Assembly: GCA_036172245.1 (NCBI GenBank)
Contig: JAYWIR010000044.1
Span: 372,001-436,000 of the forward strand
From: Raillietiella orientalis
Taxonomy: Eukaryota
Reading direction: 5' to 3'
Length of the DNA: 64,000 nt
Shown here one piece after another: positions 45,700-58,619 of the stretch. Position 1 is the first letter of the stretch. Each line of letters begins with the position of its first letter. A program made the position numbers and the translations under genes. The notes beneath the pieces are model-generated. The model ran no database searches. It saw only the letters and a program-made list of their open reading frames with translations, and was not told the DNA's origin.

Positions 45700-47383
45700 C
45701 AACTCATATCTTTCCTCTCGTGCCTGACTTCACCTTCATCAAGGAGAGAAAGAGAAGCTGAGTTTTAAGCTATCCTTTGATCTCCGCAGTGCTGCGTAAA
45801 ACACCAGGGTGTCTTGAAAACTTCAGAGTCCATTAAACAAAAGCAAGATGGAGGCAGAGAATGCATTTTGCCAGTGGAGTGGTCAAAATGGAGAGCAGGT
45901 GAGGGGTAAATGGGCTGCATTTGTATGGAAGCTTCAAGAGTGTAGCAAACCCTCCTGAGAAGGAAGATCGCTTGCTAAGACGTGAAGCAGAAATAACGAG
46001 CATAATGGGTTGAGAGTGGTTGCATAATTAATAAGTAAACTTGTAACTTAATATTAATTGATCACTTTGAGAAGAAAATAAATGCATGAATGGGGTGTGA
46101 TTGGATGGCTGATTTTGAGGGATGGCTCCCAAAGGTGGCTGTTGCTGATAACGAAAGAAGTGACCTGTTGGGAAAAGTGGGTACGGGTGGACTTAGGCAC
46201 AAACAAACTTGAAGCTAATTGTTCAATCACCTTACGTGCATAAACACGAGAATGCCATTACAGGTGCTAGAAAATTGCAAGTACTTCTCGCTCATCCGTA
46301 TTCGAATGCAATGCTAAATCTGTGCTTCTTTGAGCATTCAGCTCGCGGTCCATTTCCCGATGAAACTCTTGCTAACTGAAACTTTCACAGGGTGGAGGCT
46401 GTCGTAAGAAAGAAACTTCCAAATGGCGCGCATTCCACGAGCTCCCACCGTTGCCCTTTGAAACCGAAACTACAAAATGAAACATTGTTGCTTTTTGAAA
46501 ATGAAACATTGTTGCTTTTTGAAAATGAAATATTGTTGATTTTCGAAAAACGAAGTCTCCATGGCGATCGAATTTATAATTAGCATGCACACATTGTGGA
46601 GTACTCAATTCCGTTCTTCGCAACCCTCACATGAGAAGGAACGTTACTTATCAATCATGAAGTCTTCGGTCATCTCATTGTCACCACAATGTTCGGTTAA
46701 ATCAAGGGAACCAAAGCTAAATCGAGGGGATGCCGTTCATCTTGTACTTGGTATTCGCGTCTAAATCCCGCGAGAATAGATTTTCAGGCAAGCAGATGTG
46801 TGATTTCCCATAAGGAATTACAGGAACAAAGTCGATACTCATGGTTTTTGGGCCTGTTACAAGGGGAATCGCTTCCCATCGAAAAAACCAGGAGTCATTG
46901 CTTATGACAATGAATTTTAGCGTATCATTCAAAGCTTAACTCGATTTCGTTCACCAGGAGGATTGGAGTTCCTGGAGACTTTCGCGATCCTTGTGCCAGT
47001 GCAAGGAGGCCAAATTCAATCAAATTCGGAGCGGCTCCCAACTGCAAGTTCAAGAAAGATGTGTGCTCCGAGGAAACGGTGACACAGAATACAAAGAGCA
47101 CCACGACTACTCTCTCATAAGTGAGGTTGAAGCCGTAAATCAACCATAACAAAACAAACAATGTATGGACAGGCCATGGGAGTCATGCACTTTTATCCCA
47201 AAGGAACCCATGTTCCCCAGCAGATAAAATAATCATGATATGAAAAAGCACTTACCAGATCAAAGAAGATCAGATAAGTGGCAAAGCAGAAATCGATCAA
47301 CTAGGATGCTGAAACGCTTTTGGTTTCTCCTGCTTGATTCCCCTTAGTCTTATTTAAGCACAATTTATGAGCAGCTAGCTCCA
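45700..47383 (+). mobile_element. CR1/L2/jockey-type LINE RT relic
   Basis: RIDFQASRCVISHKEL (DFSKAFD.V.H..L), RIGVPGDFRDP (SGVPQGSVLGP), INHNKT (N..KT), IDQLG (DLGV); truncated at 47383. Confidence 0.5.
46474..46554. repeat. 24-bp tandem repeat, ~3.3 copies
   Basis: aaaatgaaacattgttgctttttg twice, then aaaatgaaatattgttgattttcg. Confidence 0.9.
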
Positions 47384-48028
47384 CCGCTTTTCCTGCGAGT
47401 CTGCTTGTTGTCTTCCACGCCCAATCTGCCCAAGTTGATTTAGCGTTTGAGTCAGCTACCTGCTTCTTCCTAAGCCAGGAGGATTGACCTCCAAAACACG
47501 GTAGCAGAAGAGCAAAAAAAATCCCTAATGATGGAATTTGTTCCCTGCCAAACATCTGAGTGATCTCTCAAATGATTCCGTCCATATTACGCAGCTCATC
47601 CGAGAGTGGACTCAACTTTGGCTCACACTGGTCCTTGCTTTCGGTAAAGCGTTTAGTTCGCTCCCATCGCAAGACGTTCCAGAGAACTTGTAAAGTTCTT
47701 CAGTTCATGCCGAGAATTTCCGGAGGTTTCATAACGGACGACCATCCATCCCATGCTTCTAGTCCAAAGCCTGACATCCACTTGCAGTCCCCTCGGGAAT
47801 TTTCAACCCCTCAACACTTCCGAACGAGATTCCAGAGTTCCGACATTGCATCTCCCTTCTGTACGAGAGATGCAGAGTGCCAATCCGCGCAAAGGAGACT
47901 TTGTTTCTTCCGCCTTGCCTCAGGGCCCAGAGCATCCGTTGGAGCCCAAAGCATTCGTAGGGGCAAGTGACTTCCATCGTGGCCATCTTCCGGCAACCCC
48001 AGAGCTTCTGCTGGATACGCTTCACCTC
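47384..48028 (+). repeat. Direct repeat copy 1 (645 bp, identical to 63356-64000)
   Basis: No differences seen by eye; the ORF track gives identical 136-aa and 88-aa translations for both copies. Confidence 0.95.
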
Positions 48029-49050
48029 GGCTCCGTTCCTGAATACCCTGGTTGGCGGCGGCTACCAACCGCCAGTGCTTCAGGGCAGCCCTCTTCGGAC
48101 TGCTTACGCGTCTGTCGGCGATGCGATCATCTGCACGGACGCATCTTCCTCACAGGCGCTCGGCGCTGACCACCGTTGGGTCGCGCTCCACGAGTGCAAA
48201 TTCGTCAAGAGAAGGTGCTTGCGGTGGGACAGAAAGTGTTCCGAGGCCTGACGCTGCGCGTCGCAGGCCCGGGTTTGCCAACTCCTGCGGGAAGCTGCCT
48301 GGTGCTTGATGCTCACGAAGATCTGCGAGTCCGAGGTGCTGAAGAGAACGTACCGTGTGTCGATCTCGCTGCCGTGATCCACCACAACAAGGATTGGCTG
48401 GGTTTTATGGACGGACGGTCATCAGTCTCCTAAGCCAGGGACGGATGCATTGAAAATGGGACCGTCTGCGGGCGTGCAATGGGATTTTGTGTGCCGACGA
48501 GGAGCTCTGCCTACCGACTAGCGATACCCGCTCACTGAGGGAGCAGCCCCTAGTGAGTGGAAATCCCTATTCGGTAGGCAGATTTTCGATATCGGAACTC
48601 ACAGGAAGGTGTCCGTTGCTTTCGAAGGTGCACACGCGTCCCTGGCAGAGAAGATTCGCAAGGAATGTTTGGCGACCGTGGGCGGCGTGCGGAGACGATG
48701 GCTGCTCAAAGTCAACCTCAGACGTTTCCCGAGGATCGCTGGCTTTCGTTTCGAAGACGATTTGTCGCTGTCTGCATCGAAGTTTTGGGCAGCTCCGGAA
48801 ATTCACGGCGTGTGGCAGTAACGGCCGCTTCCGATTGGTCCTCTGTGAGTGCGGTGGGGTGCACCCGGGTAAACAGAAATCCGCTGGGAGAATGGCAGCG
48901 GGTGAAGGATACGTTTGTGCTCGATGGGTTCCGCATCCAGGATTCTTCTGGGAGACCCGCATCGCCTTGCGTTCCCTTAGGCGGGTTTTGTCGTCTTTGA
49001 TTGCTGGGTCATTCATGGAAAAATGGGGGAGGGAAGAACTCACAGTGATC
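47384..49050 (+). mobile_element. L1/Tx1 RT + thumb relic, abruptly 5'-truncated
   Basis: LGNFQPLNTSERDSRV (NYRPISLLN.DYK), QPQSF..APFLNTLVGGGY, VLDAHEDL (AYADD), SVGRFSI. Confidence 0.65.
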
Positions 49051-49199
49051 GGGAATACTTTTTTTTTTCTGCGTACGGTCATAAACAGCATATTCCGGAG
49101 ACTGCATCTCTGTTGCGCAAAAAGGGCCTCATCCGTCTGCACTGTCTGCTTGGTCGAATAAAAGAGACCTGATTATGCAGCATCTGAATTTTCTCGTAA

Positions 49200-52100
49200 T
49201 GGGTCTTCAGTTCGATATACGAGTTTGAAGATCCTCATCCTCGATATCTTCACGAATCTGAGGGAGTGAATGCCATGGGAACAAATACGATGTCGTTGAC
49301 GAATGGGACAATAGCTTCCCAAGAGGGTGCAATCGCTCTCCGGGAAGGAGGACTTCCTGGAAGAAGCAAGTAGACTGATTGTGCAATTTGGTAACCCGTT
49401 TGCGGTTCCACAAATGTGAACGCAGCTTTTTTTTTTTATCCTCCTTGTTCGTGCGGTGTGATGCTTCAGAGTCCAGACTGTCATTTCAGCTGATGTGTTT
49501 GTTATTTATAACTCAGATTTGCTCCTTGATTCCTTCTGACTGCATGCACTGGGGAAGTCAGAAGGAATCAAGGAGGGCAAAGACGAATTTTGTGTGCCTG
49601 CTTGGTGCTTTGCTCCTGAGGCCGTCCAACCCCCCACGAACCGAACGGGAGATCCCTGCACACAGTCCTGGAGGTTTGTGCCCTCAGGCACCTCGACCCT
49701 AGTTTTGTCTGGGAATGCCTGCGAAAAGACAGGCATTCCTCTCCGCCGGAACGGGTTGGTAGACTGATAAAAAATTGGGTTGGTTTACACCCCTTTGGCT
49801 TTTCGCACTGGAACTCCCTCAGCTGGCGGCTGGGATTCCAACAGGACCATCTAAAGAGAATGCTTTTATTTGATATGCCTGCAGCCGTGTCTACGGGATG
49901 CTTGAATTCTGCAAACCAGTGGTGAACTTCCCAAACGACTGCTGCCGTTGCTGTTTTCATTGTGACCTTCGACCTTTGCGGAACTTCTGCACCAAGTGCT
50001 GTCGTGCCAGCTTCATTGCCAGCGTTCCAAGGAATCAGGCAGATGCTACGAGTTTTCCCTCTTCATCGTCGTCATCAAGATGCTGGACTGATCATTTCGA
50101 CTGTCACTTGGTGATTAGCATTATTTTTTCTGCCACTGCAATATATCAGTACTGCTCTATACTACGACGGTACATTTACTGATATTCGATGCTACCTTAC
50201 CAATATTATTTCCCTTATCATTCTTCTGCTTCAACCATTACTGTTTCTTTGATTATTTCGATTCTTTCTTTCTATTATGACTGAAACGCCGCCGCCGTTC
50301 TCCATACGTGAATACTATGCAAACTTCGGTTCTTTGCACTGATTGTGTACTTTTCTCGTGATGCCAGTCGTCTTTCGAAGGAATTTCGGCTGCTGTGGCA
50401 GTGCAGCCGGATTAAGAGCATCATGGCTGCGATAATCCTTCGCGTCCATTAGAAAGTTTGAAGCTGCCTTGGGCTGGCGGGCAAAGAGGCCTCTTCCCTC
50501 TCGCGGGTTTGCGTGTGCAGTAGGGGGAAAGGAAGAGCAGAACGGACGAGGGCAGAGAGAGATGAGCATCGAGAGCGATAACCAGCGTCCAGATCGGAAT
50601 GGCTCCCTGGCTAACGGGGAGCAGCAGCAAAAAGAGGAAATGCTGAGGATCATGAAGTGGATTTCTCGCGGCTCTTTTCTCTCCGAGAAGGAGGCCGAGG
50701 AAATACGCTTCGCCCTTCCCATCATTCGCCACACTTCCTGAGAATTTCGTGGATCGAATCGAATCGGAGTTCCGACGGCAAAAACATTCCAAGCAACTCG
50801 AATGATCCTCGGCTTGCGGAATCAAACTCTGCCGATTGTACAGTCAAACTAAAATGGCGCCGCACTGTTTGAATACTCTAAAATCGAGGGATGGATGTGG
50901 AAGGGGGAGGGGGGATTCTCTCTCACGTTTGTTCCAGCATTCGCTGTATCTATGAAAGCAGTCACACGACCACTGGTGATGAGAGCAGGTAAGTGTTCTC
51001 GTTCCAACGACCCAAGATGACAAATAATGCACTTACTCTTGTAGTTGGTTCTTCGTGTTGCTTTGCTTGATGCCTCTTCGTGAAGAAAGCTCGTGCCCAA
51101 TCTCGCTTTCCAGGATTGAAATCTTGCAATCGGAATCCCTTGTGATAAACAGGACCTCTGAGGTGTGACTTCGGGTGCAACGCGAGCCGGTTTAGCAACC
51201 AGGGTGAGCAAGCAGTTTTTTCTTCGCGGCGCGCGAATTCTGAAACCCGGCAGCTGCCCCACGAGCGGAGCCCCACGAGTATCAACGAAAATGATGACAG
51301 CTGCTGCTAAACTCCGGAAGAGGTGCTGTCGTAGCGATTCGCAGAACGCGTACGGTACACAGAGAATGGGCGGAATGTCAACTCGCTGGCTTCTGGAGTA
51401 TCCGAAAGTCGGCTGGAAAGAAGTCCGGATGCGGTAAATCGTGGAGCCGTAGATTTCATGCCGATCTCAGACTCCAGCTCCGACGAGTAGGCAGCGATGT
51501 ATCGGCTTAAGGAGTTGGCATGCGTTCCTTACATCTTTATGCATATTCGAAGACGCAGGATGCTCCAGTGTTTCGGGGATTTCAGGGTGCGTTTTCCTTG
51601 GCATTCAAGACATTTCCTTGCAGAAGAAGACTCTTCCCGTCGCCGCTTTGGACCTTCGTGCATCTTCTAGGAGCGCCGTCAGTTGCGTCGCCATTGCTGT
51701 GCGTCCCTGAATTGATGGAGGAGAGGAAAAGCGGAACTATGGGACGAGCGATGCCACGTGGCGCCCTCGCATAGTTACGCTGCGTTGCGCTCCCCAGGGC
51801 GGACAGGTCTCCTCAGCAGTAGAAGAACTTGCGAACTTGCTGTAGCCATTTTGATGAACCGTCGTCTCGTCCTGGAAGTTTGACAAGTCAATTGGGGTCC
51901 TTGAGGGGTGTAAGGCCTCAACCAAAGTTTCTGAGTAGTGCCCTGGATGTCATCGACTCTGGACTCCTCGTCCCTTAAAGGTCATGAATGTCAGACCTGT
52001 GGTTGATTAGCTCTTCGCCTTCTGGCTAACGGGCACGCGGCACATGCACAGCATAATAGATTCGCTGCAAATTTCCGGGATTTGGGGCATTACTCCTGCG

Positions 52101-52700
52101 ATGAAACCGCCATTAACATGCACTGGTTACTGTAATGGGGACACATAAACTTTCTAACACCGATTTCATTCAAATTTATGTTCCTTTAAGGAAGTTTCTA
52201 ATCCGAAGATCTTTTTTGCGGTTGACACATCCATCTATGCTTCTCCATTTAAATGATTAAAGTTCATCCTGGCTATCACAACAGCATAAGGATGGAGCTG
52301 CTCCTGCGAGGCTTGTAGCATGCTTCATTCCATCTGTTGGGGCAAATTGATTTGGAACAGTAAGGCACGCTTTCCTCTCAGCTCCTCAGAAGAGCATACG
52401 AAATTACGGGATCCGCTTCGGCATCAAAGTTTCTCATGTAGGAGAAGCCACGAAAGTTTCTCCAGGAGTCCTTCCCTGGGCCAGCACTCCTTTAGGGGTG
52501 AGAGATCGCACTGCTTAGGGTGACAGGGACACAAACTTTCATGGCTTCCGCGACGGGATCGCGAGCCAGCGGGACGAGCCGTTCCGCTCTTCTGGAAGAT
52601 GCATTCCGCTCAGGTGAAAGAGTTGCGCTATGAAAGATGCAGCATTCCGTCGGTGGACCCGCAGGAGTGAAGGAAGCGCGGTTCCGACAGACCGTTCGGA
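49200..52700 (-). mobile_element. Highly degenerate LINE relics (APE-like ~49200-50100; C-terminal C..C...E..H-like ~50900-51300)
   Basis: LSVYQPVPAERNACLF, VRGGLDGL; KCIICHLGSLEREH. Weak. Confidence 0.3.
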
Positions 52701-52799
52701 TATCTCTCGAAAATAAGATTGCTCATAATACATGGCTGCACTTGACGGCTGGGAACGTTCTTCGGAGAATACTAATGCCAATAATTCATGCTCCCATAA

Positions 52800-52942
52800 A
52801 ACCAAATTAAGGTACATGTTCCTACGTAATCCGAAGTTTATGCGTTTTTTTTTATTATCATTATTCTTGCCCTGAGAGCAAATTGCAGTCCCTTGGCTGT
52901 CCTGATTTTGCAGAGACGGAGTCTTCCTTCAGATTTCGAAAA
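52800..52942. repeat. ~140-bp imperfect direct repeat, copy 1 (partner 54757-54889)
   Basis: aaccaaattaaggtacatgttcctacgtaatc.gaag.ttatgcgtttttttt...tgagagcaaattg...ttgcag..cgga..cttcctt.agatttcg. Confidence 0.9.
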
Positions 52943-53315
52943 TAGAAATTTATTTAGCGTTTTGGATTAATAAAAAAACTGTTGCTGGAATGGCTCTGGA
53001 GAATCTTTCGCGAATGATTCTTCCTCCGTGTTCTTCACGGTTCCTCGGTGCTCTCTTCCGCGGTGAGAGCATTGTCCAGATCATGTGGCTGGGCTGCTTT
53101 TTTCCTTCTCACGTGTGTTGCATAGATGCCATTTGAGAAGAGGATGTCGGTGGCTACCATTCGCTGTCATAGCCTCATCATCTTCTTCTTCGGAATTCCT
53201 AGGTATTGAAGTACGCTGTCGTTTTCAGGATCCCATGCTCCAAGTGGGCCGATAAGGATCGCCTGCACAAGTCCCGTACGAGGACTCCTCCCGGACGTCA
53301 AGGGAACTCTCCCAG

Positions 53316-53383
53316 GAGTCGGGTTGCTTGAGAGTGCAGCCCTAAGCGGGTGGTAAACTCAATCTAAGGCTAAATATGACCAC

Positions 53384-53425
<42 letters not shown>

Positions 53426-53800
53426 GACTTTGGAGAGCGAGTTCAAGAGTACGTGAAACCGTTCAGAGGTAAAACGGGTGGTATACCCCGATGCCCAAGG
53501 GGAGACTAAGCCAGCGCACCCGTCGCTCTACCGCGGATCTGCTGGAGATGCTTCTGGGCGAGGCGCTTCCGCCCGGTCGCGTCGCGGCGCCTGGAGCATT
53601 TCTCCACTGTGGGACTCTGCGAGCGAACGAGCACCCGACCGTTCGCCGCCGCGGGAAAGGTGACCGCTGGGCGCGCGCGCGATTCCCCCAGCGGTGTTGC
53701 GGAGCCCCGCGCAGAATGGTTCGGGCAGTGTCCAACACGGCATCCATATGCCCGGGCTCGCGCCCGAGCGGCATCGCCCCCTTCGATCGCGAGGCGATGA
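53316..53800 (+). rRNA. 28S: 28S (LSU) rRNA gene fragment/pseudogene: conserved core between D1 and D2, plus a GC-rich D2-like segment
   Basis: gagtcgggttgcttgagagtgcagccctaagcgggtggtaaact..atctaaggctaaata..acgagaccgatagcgaacaagtaccgtgagggaaagttgaaa..gagttcaagagtacgtgaaaccgttcagaggtaaa (53316-53481). No 18S, 5.8S or downstream gacccgtcttgaaacacgga seen. Confidence 0.92.
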
Positions 53801-53904
53801 TGGAATCATGGGAATCTTTGGGATCATGGAAATCCTTTTGGATTCGCTGATTTTTGCCTTCCAGAATTTTTTTTCCACTTTTTTCAGCGTTTTTTTTGGG
53901 GGGT

Positions 53905-54752
53905 GGGGGTGGGTGGGTTCGCTAAGTACCCCGCGTGCCTCGTGGCGCATGTGTCTCTTTAACACTGTTCCACGCCACCCGCGGAGAATGCGTTATTCTT
54001 CAAGATGGGGCACCCCGGGAAGGGGTCCTCCCTATGAATCCAGGAAGGACTCGGAGTCCGTTCCTCTCATGCTTGGGGAGGGATCCCCCCCGGACGGAGG
54101 GGATCGCACCTCCCACCCTGGTTGTCTCCGAATGGAAACCCCGAAGGGAATCTCCTTCCTCATTCTCTCCGGAGGGACACCCCCTGGGAGGGGGGCGGCC
54201 CTCTCCATTTCATCTTCTCCGAAGGGAATCCTGAAAGGATCCGCTTGTAGGAATTTCTTCTCCAAAGGGAACCCGCAAGGGAACCGCTCCTGTTCACTCC
54301 TCTGAAGAGAACCCCGAAGGGACGCATCCGAAACTCAGAAGGGGCGCTGCAGCTTCCCGCAGGGAATCGCTCTCGCTTGCTTCCTTGCGCTCTTCTGGAG
54401 AGGCGACGACTCGGAGGGTCCTTCACGCAACGGGGGGGTCCGCTCCTTTGAACAACTGGAGAGGTGCCTGTGAAGGGTCCTTCTCCATCTTGAAACCGTA
54501 GCGGTCCCTCTCTCCGTTGCAAGACAGGTGGGGGAACTCCCCACTCCTTGATTCCTGGAAGTACTCGAAGCTCGACTCCCATCCATCGGGAGCCTCCGGC
54601 TTAAACGACCACCGGTGCCACGCCCGAATGATTAGGCCAGCCAGCGCCATTGCAGGAGAAACTCGGAACCCAACGACGCAGTGGAGTCAGTTTCGGCCGG
54701 AGCATGGTGCCACGCGCGGAAGCCTCAACCACAAAGCCTCCGATGCGGGCCA
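53905..54752 (-). mobile_element. Hairpin-array SINE, near full-length copy (B-box region deleted)
   Basis: Collinear with 21055-21958 throughout. Confidence 0.9.
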
Positions 54753-54756
54753 AAAT

Positions 54757-54889
54757 AACCAAATTAAGGTACATGTTCCTACGTAATCGGAAGCTTATGC
54801 GTTTTTTTTTATCATTTTCATTCCTGCCTTGAGAGCAAATTGGCTGTCTTTCTGACCTTGCAGGGCGGAACTTCCTTGAGATTTCGGAA
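54757..54889. repeat. ~135-bp imperfect direct repeat, copy 2
   Basis: Matches 52800-52942, offset ~1957 bp. Confidence 0.9.
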
Positions 54890-55274
54890 GAGCAAAGAGC
54901 ATTGCTTTCCTCACACAACGTGCAAAGAGTTGATCTGAAACTATGGATTCGCATGACCGGCTCGAAGAGCGTAAATCGATACGGAAGTCTGATTGTATCC
55001 TTCATTCCTCGGAAGGAATCGATCAGTGAGGATACCAAGAAAATCGAGATGATGGTTTGTTTTGTTGCATGAACAAAGTTCTTGTGTGAACCCAGCGGAT
55101 TTGCCTTTCGTCTCAAACCACCTCCCAGTTTCTCCCAGTTATGACTCGAGGAAAGGAATTGGGATGCCTGAATAAAGAATCCATGGAGGGCACTGGTGCT
55201 AATTGCGGCACCTGTTTCAAGAGATACATTAAGGATTTTAATAGCGCTTTCGCGTTCGTCTTTTGTGTACATAT

Positions 55275-55510
55275 ATATATTTTTCATTTAACAATCCTTC
55301 AATCTGTATCCTCATTCACCCCGTGTCCTCTATCCTCATTCGTCCTCCATCTTCTTCATCCTCCAACCTTTTCATCATCTATCCTTCATCTCTTGATTTA
55401 TCTTCTATACTCTATACTTATTCATCCTACATCCTTATTCGTTTTCCATCTCCGTTCGCTGATCCTTTGTCCTGGTATTTTATTATCCTTCATCAGTTCC
55501 TTTCATTCAC
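55275..55510. repeat. Degenerate TCATCC/CT-rich low-complexity tract
   Basis: Recurrent tcatcc/atcctt/catct motifs. Confidence 0.7.
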
Positions 55511-55671
55511 TTCTGGTTGTATGCAATAACTGTCAACAAGTGGCGATGGACAGAAATCCCACCACCTCTAAGGTGTGGACGACCTCTTGACCTGATTCTC
55601 AGGATAAGGGATTGCTGCTTATCACGGCCAGTGACTTGTTTGGTTTAACTCCTGGTAACGCCAGAGAGTCT

Positions 55672-57400
55672 ATTATAAAAATAATAAACATACACGTGTA
55701 GGGCCATCAGCCCTACATCGTCCGACCAAGTTCGGAACCTGTTGAGTAGCCGGCACGCAGGCTTGCGAGGTTCGTCTCGGCAGCGGTGGGGAAGGGGCAA
55801 ACAAAATTAAAAATAAAACAAAAATCAATAAAAAACAAAAAAAACTCTGGAAGCCACGGGAAGGGGTCACTGTACCTGGAGGGAGTCCTCTGCATGTTTT
55901 CCAGATGCCGTCCAGTTTTTTCGGATTGTGTCCCAGATGAGGCTAGCTGCTATCTAGCTGCCGTCCGCAGGAAGCTCAGGGCGAAGCAGATGGTGCCCCT
56001 ATCGCATCGTCCTCCTCTAGCACGGCTCCAGTCCTCCTACAACCCCATGTAGGCAGCAAAGAGCTGCTGGGGATGCGGCAGGCGAAAGGCCATCGCTCAC
56101 GAAGAGGTGCTTCATCACGTCCCTGGAATTGTCCGTCGGTGCACAAGGGCCGCTGAGTAACGCAACCACAGGGGCCAGAGGACAGCACAGTCTCCAAGCA
56201 GGTATGGGACCTGGAATCCCCGTTCTTTGTACCTGAAGCAGTACCTCCCGGGTCCCCCGGTCCAGTGAGAGCGGCGAGAGTTGCACGGGAGACTCCAGTG
56301 CAACAGCAGAAGTGCCGACTCTTGCCACTTCAGGGGGACAGTGGAGACTGTCCATCAGAGCTGAGAGCCACTCGAGGTCCTTCTGTGAGATTATAGCAGC
56401 TCACCCCAGAGCAATTGTTCCTTCGGTGAGTCACTTGGTGTCGAAGCTACCGGGAGCTGCCCCCTGGTCCCATCACCTAATCTCTTCGTGGGAAGACGTA
56501 CTTCGTAACTGCCCTCCGATTTGGCCTGCTGGTTACTGCCCAGTTGCTCCCTGAGGGAGGGCAGTGCCACGGCTAGACAGGTTCTTTGAGCCCACGCATA
56601 CGTGGTGGGGCTGCACGATGACACGTGCGGTCGGTTTCCTGCAACCATGCGCTACCGTTCGCGGCTCAGCAGAAGATCTAGTCGTTGGCCTTGGTCATCT
56701 TGGCCACTCGTCGGAGCTCCAGTCCGCTGCGGGACACGTTGCGTCTGCGCCGCCGCTCCAGGAACGAAAACAGTCCTGCGTAGCCGGTGGCTCGCTTGAC
56801 CAGGTATCATGTGGGCTCGGCACCTGACTTGTTTGGTGTGCGTAACTAGAATCTCGCACGTTGGGGCACATTTCGCTGGGTGCGCCGGTAGTCTTGAGCT
56901 CTTGCTGTGCCTTGCCGCGGTCAGTGCAGAGATTCCAGGGCGACTTTGCTGATGCCGGCTTCTCTCAGGAGATCCAGTTCTCAGCAGTTTCTCTCCTCTC
57001 GTTGTCTTTATTACCTCGTTGCATCTGTAGAGTACGGGAATGTAGAAGGCAACGTACGTGACGATGGCCAGCTTCTCTTGCTGGGCTCCAGATCGGGTGA
57101 GAGCTTCGAGTCTATCCTAGGTGGGGCTGGGGTACGACCATTCACTCGTGCTCCTGGGCAAGTTGTCGATCCGGAGGTTGGTCCTTCGAGCCAACTGTTG
57201 ACCAGGTTGGAGTGCTTCTGGAGCAGCGAATGCAGTATCTTACTAGCATTACACATATATGACATATCGCTTCTGGCGGGCATCGCTCGCGCAGGCAGCG
57301 CATTCATCCGCGCCGCATGAACAGATCAATAATTCCCAGCAAACTTCAAGCACCCTTCACTGAATGAAAAGGTGCCAGGCCCACAGGGTTGTCCGGCTCA
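55672..57400 (-). mobile_element. L1/Tx1 relic (RT domain 5 to 3' UTR)
   Basis: SCGADEC (YADD-like), ISKVALESLH*PRQG, PLKWQESALLLLHWSLPCNSRRSHW; 3' UTR homologous to 42640-42866. Confidence 0.75.
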
Positions 57401-57669
57401 GGGCGAGATCCTTACTTGGTTTCTCGCAAACGAGCACCGTGCCTGTTTGCGCTCGTAGGGAATGGAGATAAATTTCTTCCTCCTATTCTGGTCGGGTGGA
57501 TGTATGAAGTTCCGCGCCATCTTCTTTGCGCAGGTTCACAGTCCGAGTGCTCTTGGAGTTCGCGCTAAATTCATCGACCTTTTCCTCTATTGCCCGGACG
57601 CAGGTTTCCTCGAGCCTTGCGTCGGTAATGCCTGGGGTCTTTTTGGCGCCGGAGCGAACGCAATCCACA

Positions 57670-58376
57670 CGCCCGCGTCAGCGGCCATGTGGGTGCGCGT
57701 GTACTACCAGGCGTTTCGGGATCGAAGCCTCTCAAGATGACGCTGGTTAGCATTACAGGCTCCGCGCGTGGCACTGGTGGAACCCGGCTGCTCCCGTTGA
57801 CAGGCCGGATTGGAAGTTGACCTTCCGGGATCTTTACAGGAATGGAGGAGCTCTTAGGGTTTCCCCTCCTGTTGTGAAAAGGGAGTCGTCCCCTTTCTCA
57901 GGGGAGGAGGGATCCTCTATCACGTATCATGGAATTGGTTGATTGGTACCACTCCAGAGTCTCAAGAAGTGCGCTGCTCACTTCGGGAGCGATCCTTCAG
58001 TGAAATTCCCTAAAGCGTCCCTACGGGGTTCTCTTCAGAGGAAAGAACGAGGAGTGGCTCCATTCCAGGTTCCCTTTGAAGAAAAAATTGGGAGTGATCC
58101 TCAGAAAATGATAGGACTCTTCCAGAGAGAATGAGAAACAGATTTTCTTAGAGGGGCTCCTTCCGGAGCAGAACGAGAATTCCTTTCGTGGTTCCCCTTC
58201 CAAGCGTAAGAGGAACGGACCCCTCCCTCCGTCTCCTTTCCGGATCCATGGGGTGTTCCTCCCCAGGTTGAAGAGTGACATACACCCTCGGGTGGCATGG
58301 ACAGCGTGGACAGAGCTCCGTGAGCCCTCTTTAAGGAGGCAGACGGTTCTTCAGCACTTGACAAACCCAAAAAACA
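57670..58376 (+). mobile_element. Hairpin-array SINE, diverged near full-length copy
   Basis: caagatgacgctgg, cgtggcactggtgg, ggggttctcttcagagg, aagcgtaagaggaacgga, acggttcttcagcacttgacaaacccaaaaaa. Confidence 0.75.
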
Positions 58377-58619
58377 AAACGAGAAAAAAAAAGATGGGAG
58401 GAAAACAGCAAATAGAAGAGCCCAAAATAATTTTCCTCATCCGAAGTCAGCAGTAACGATCCCCCTGTGAGGTCACTACTGGACTTTTAGAAAAAAAGAA
58501 AAGAAGCAAAAGTTCTTCGAGACTCGTGTTGCACATCTGCCTAGCATCTGCATTCTCCCCATTGTAGGAGTTTTTTTTTTTTCCTTACTGCAAACGTGTC
58601 CGGGGCGGTCTTCCGAACA

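Noticed and set aside
46717..46932. Minus-strand SIDFVPVI resembling a Mab-21/cGAS-like motif
   Set aside because: It lies antisense to a collinear set of LINE RT motifs, and no other nucleotidyltransferase motif is present.
52812..52913. Direct repeats as introner-like GT..AG mobile introns
   Set aside because: Homology extends beyond both the GT and the AG, and no flanking exons are evident.
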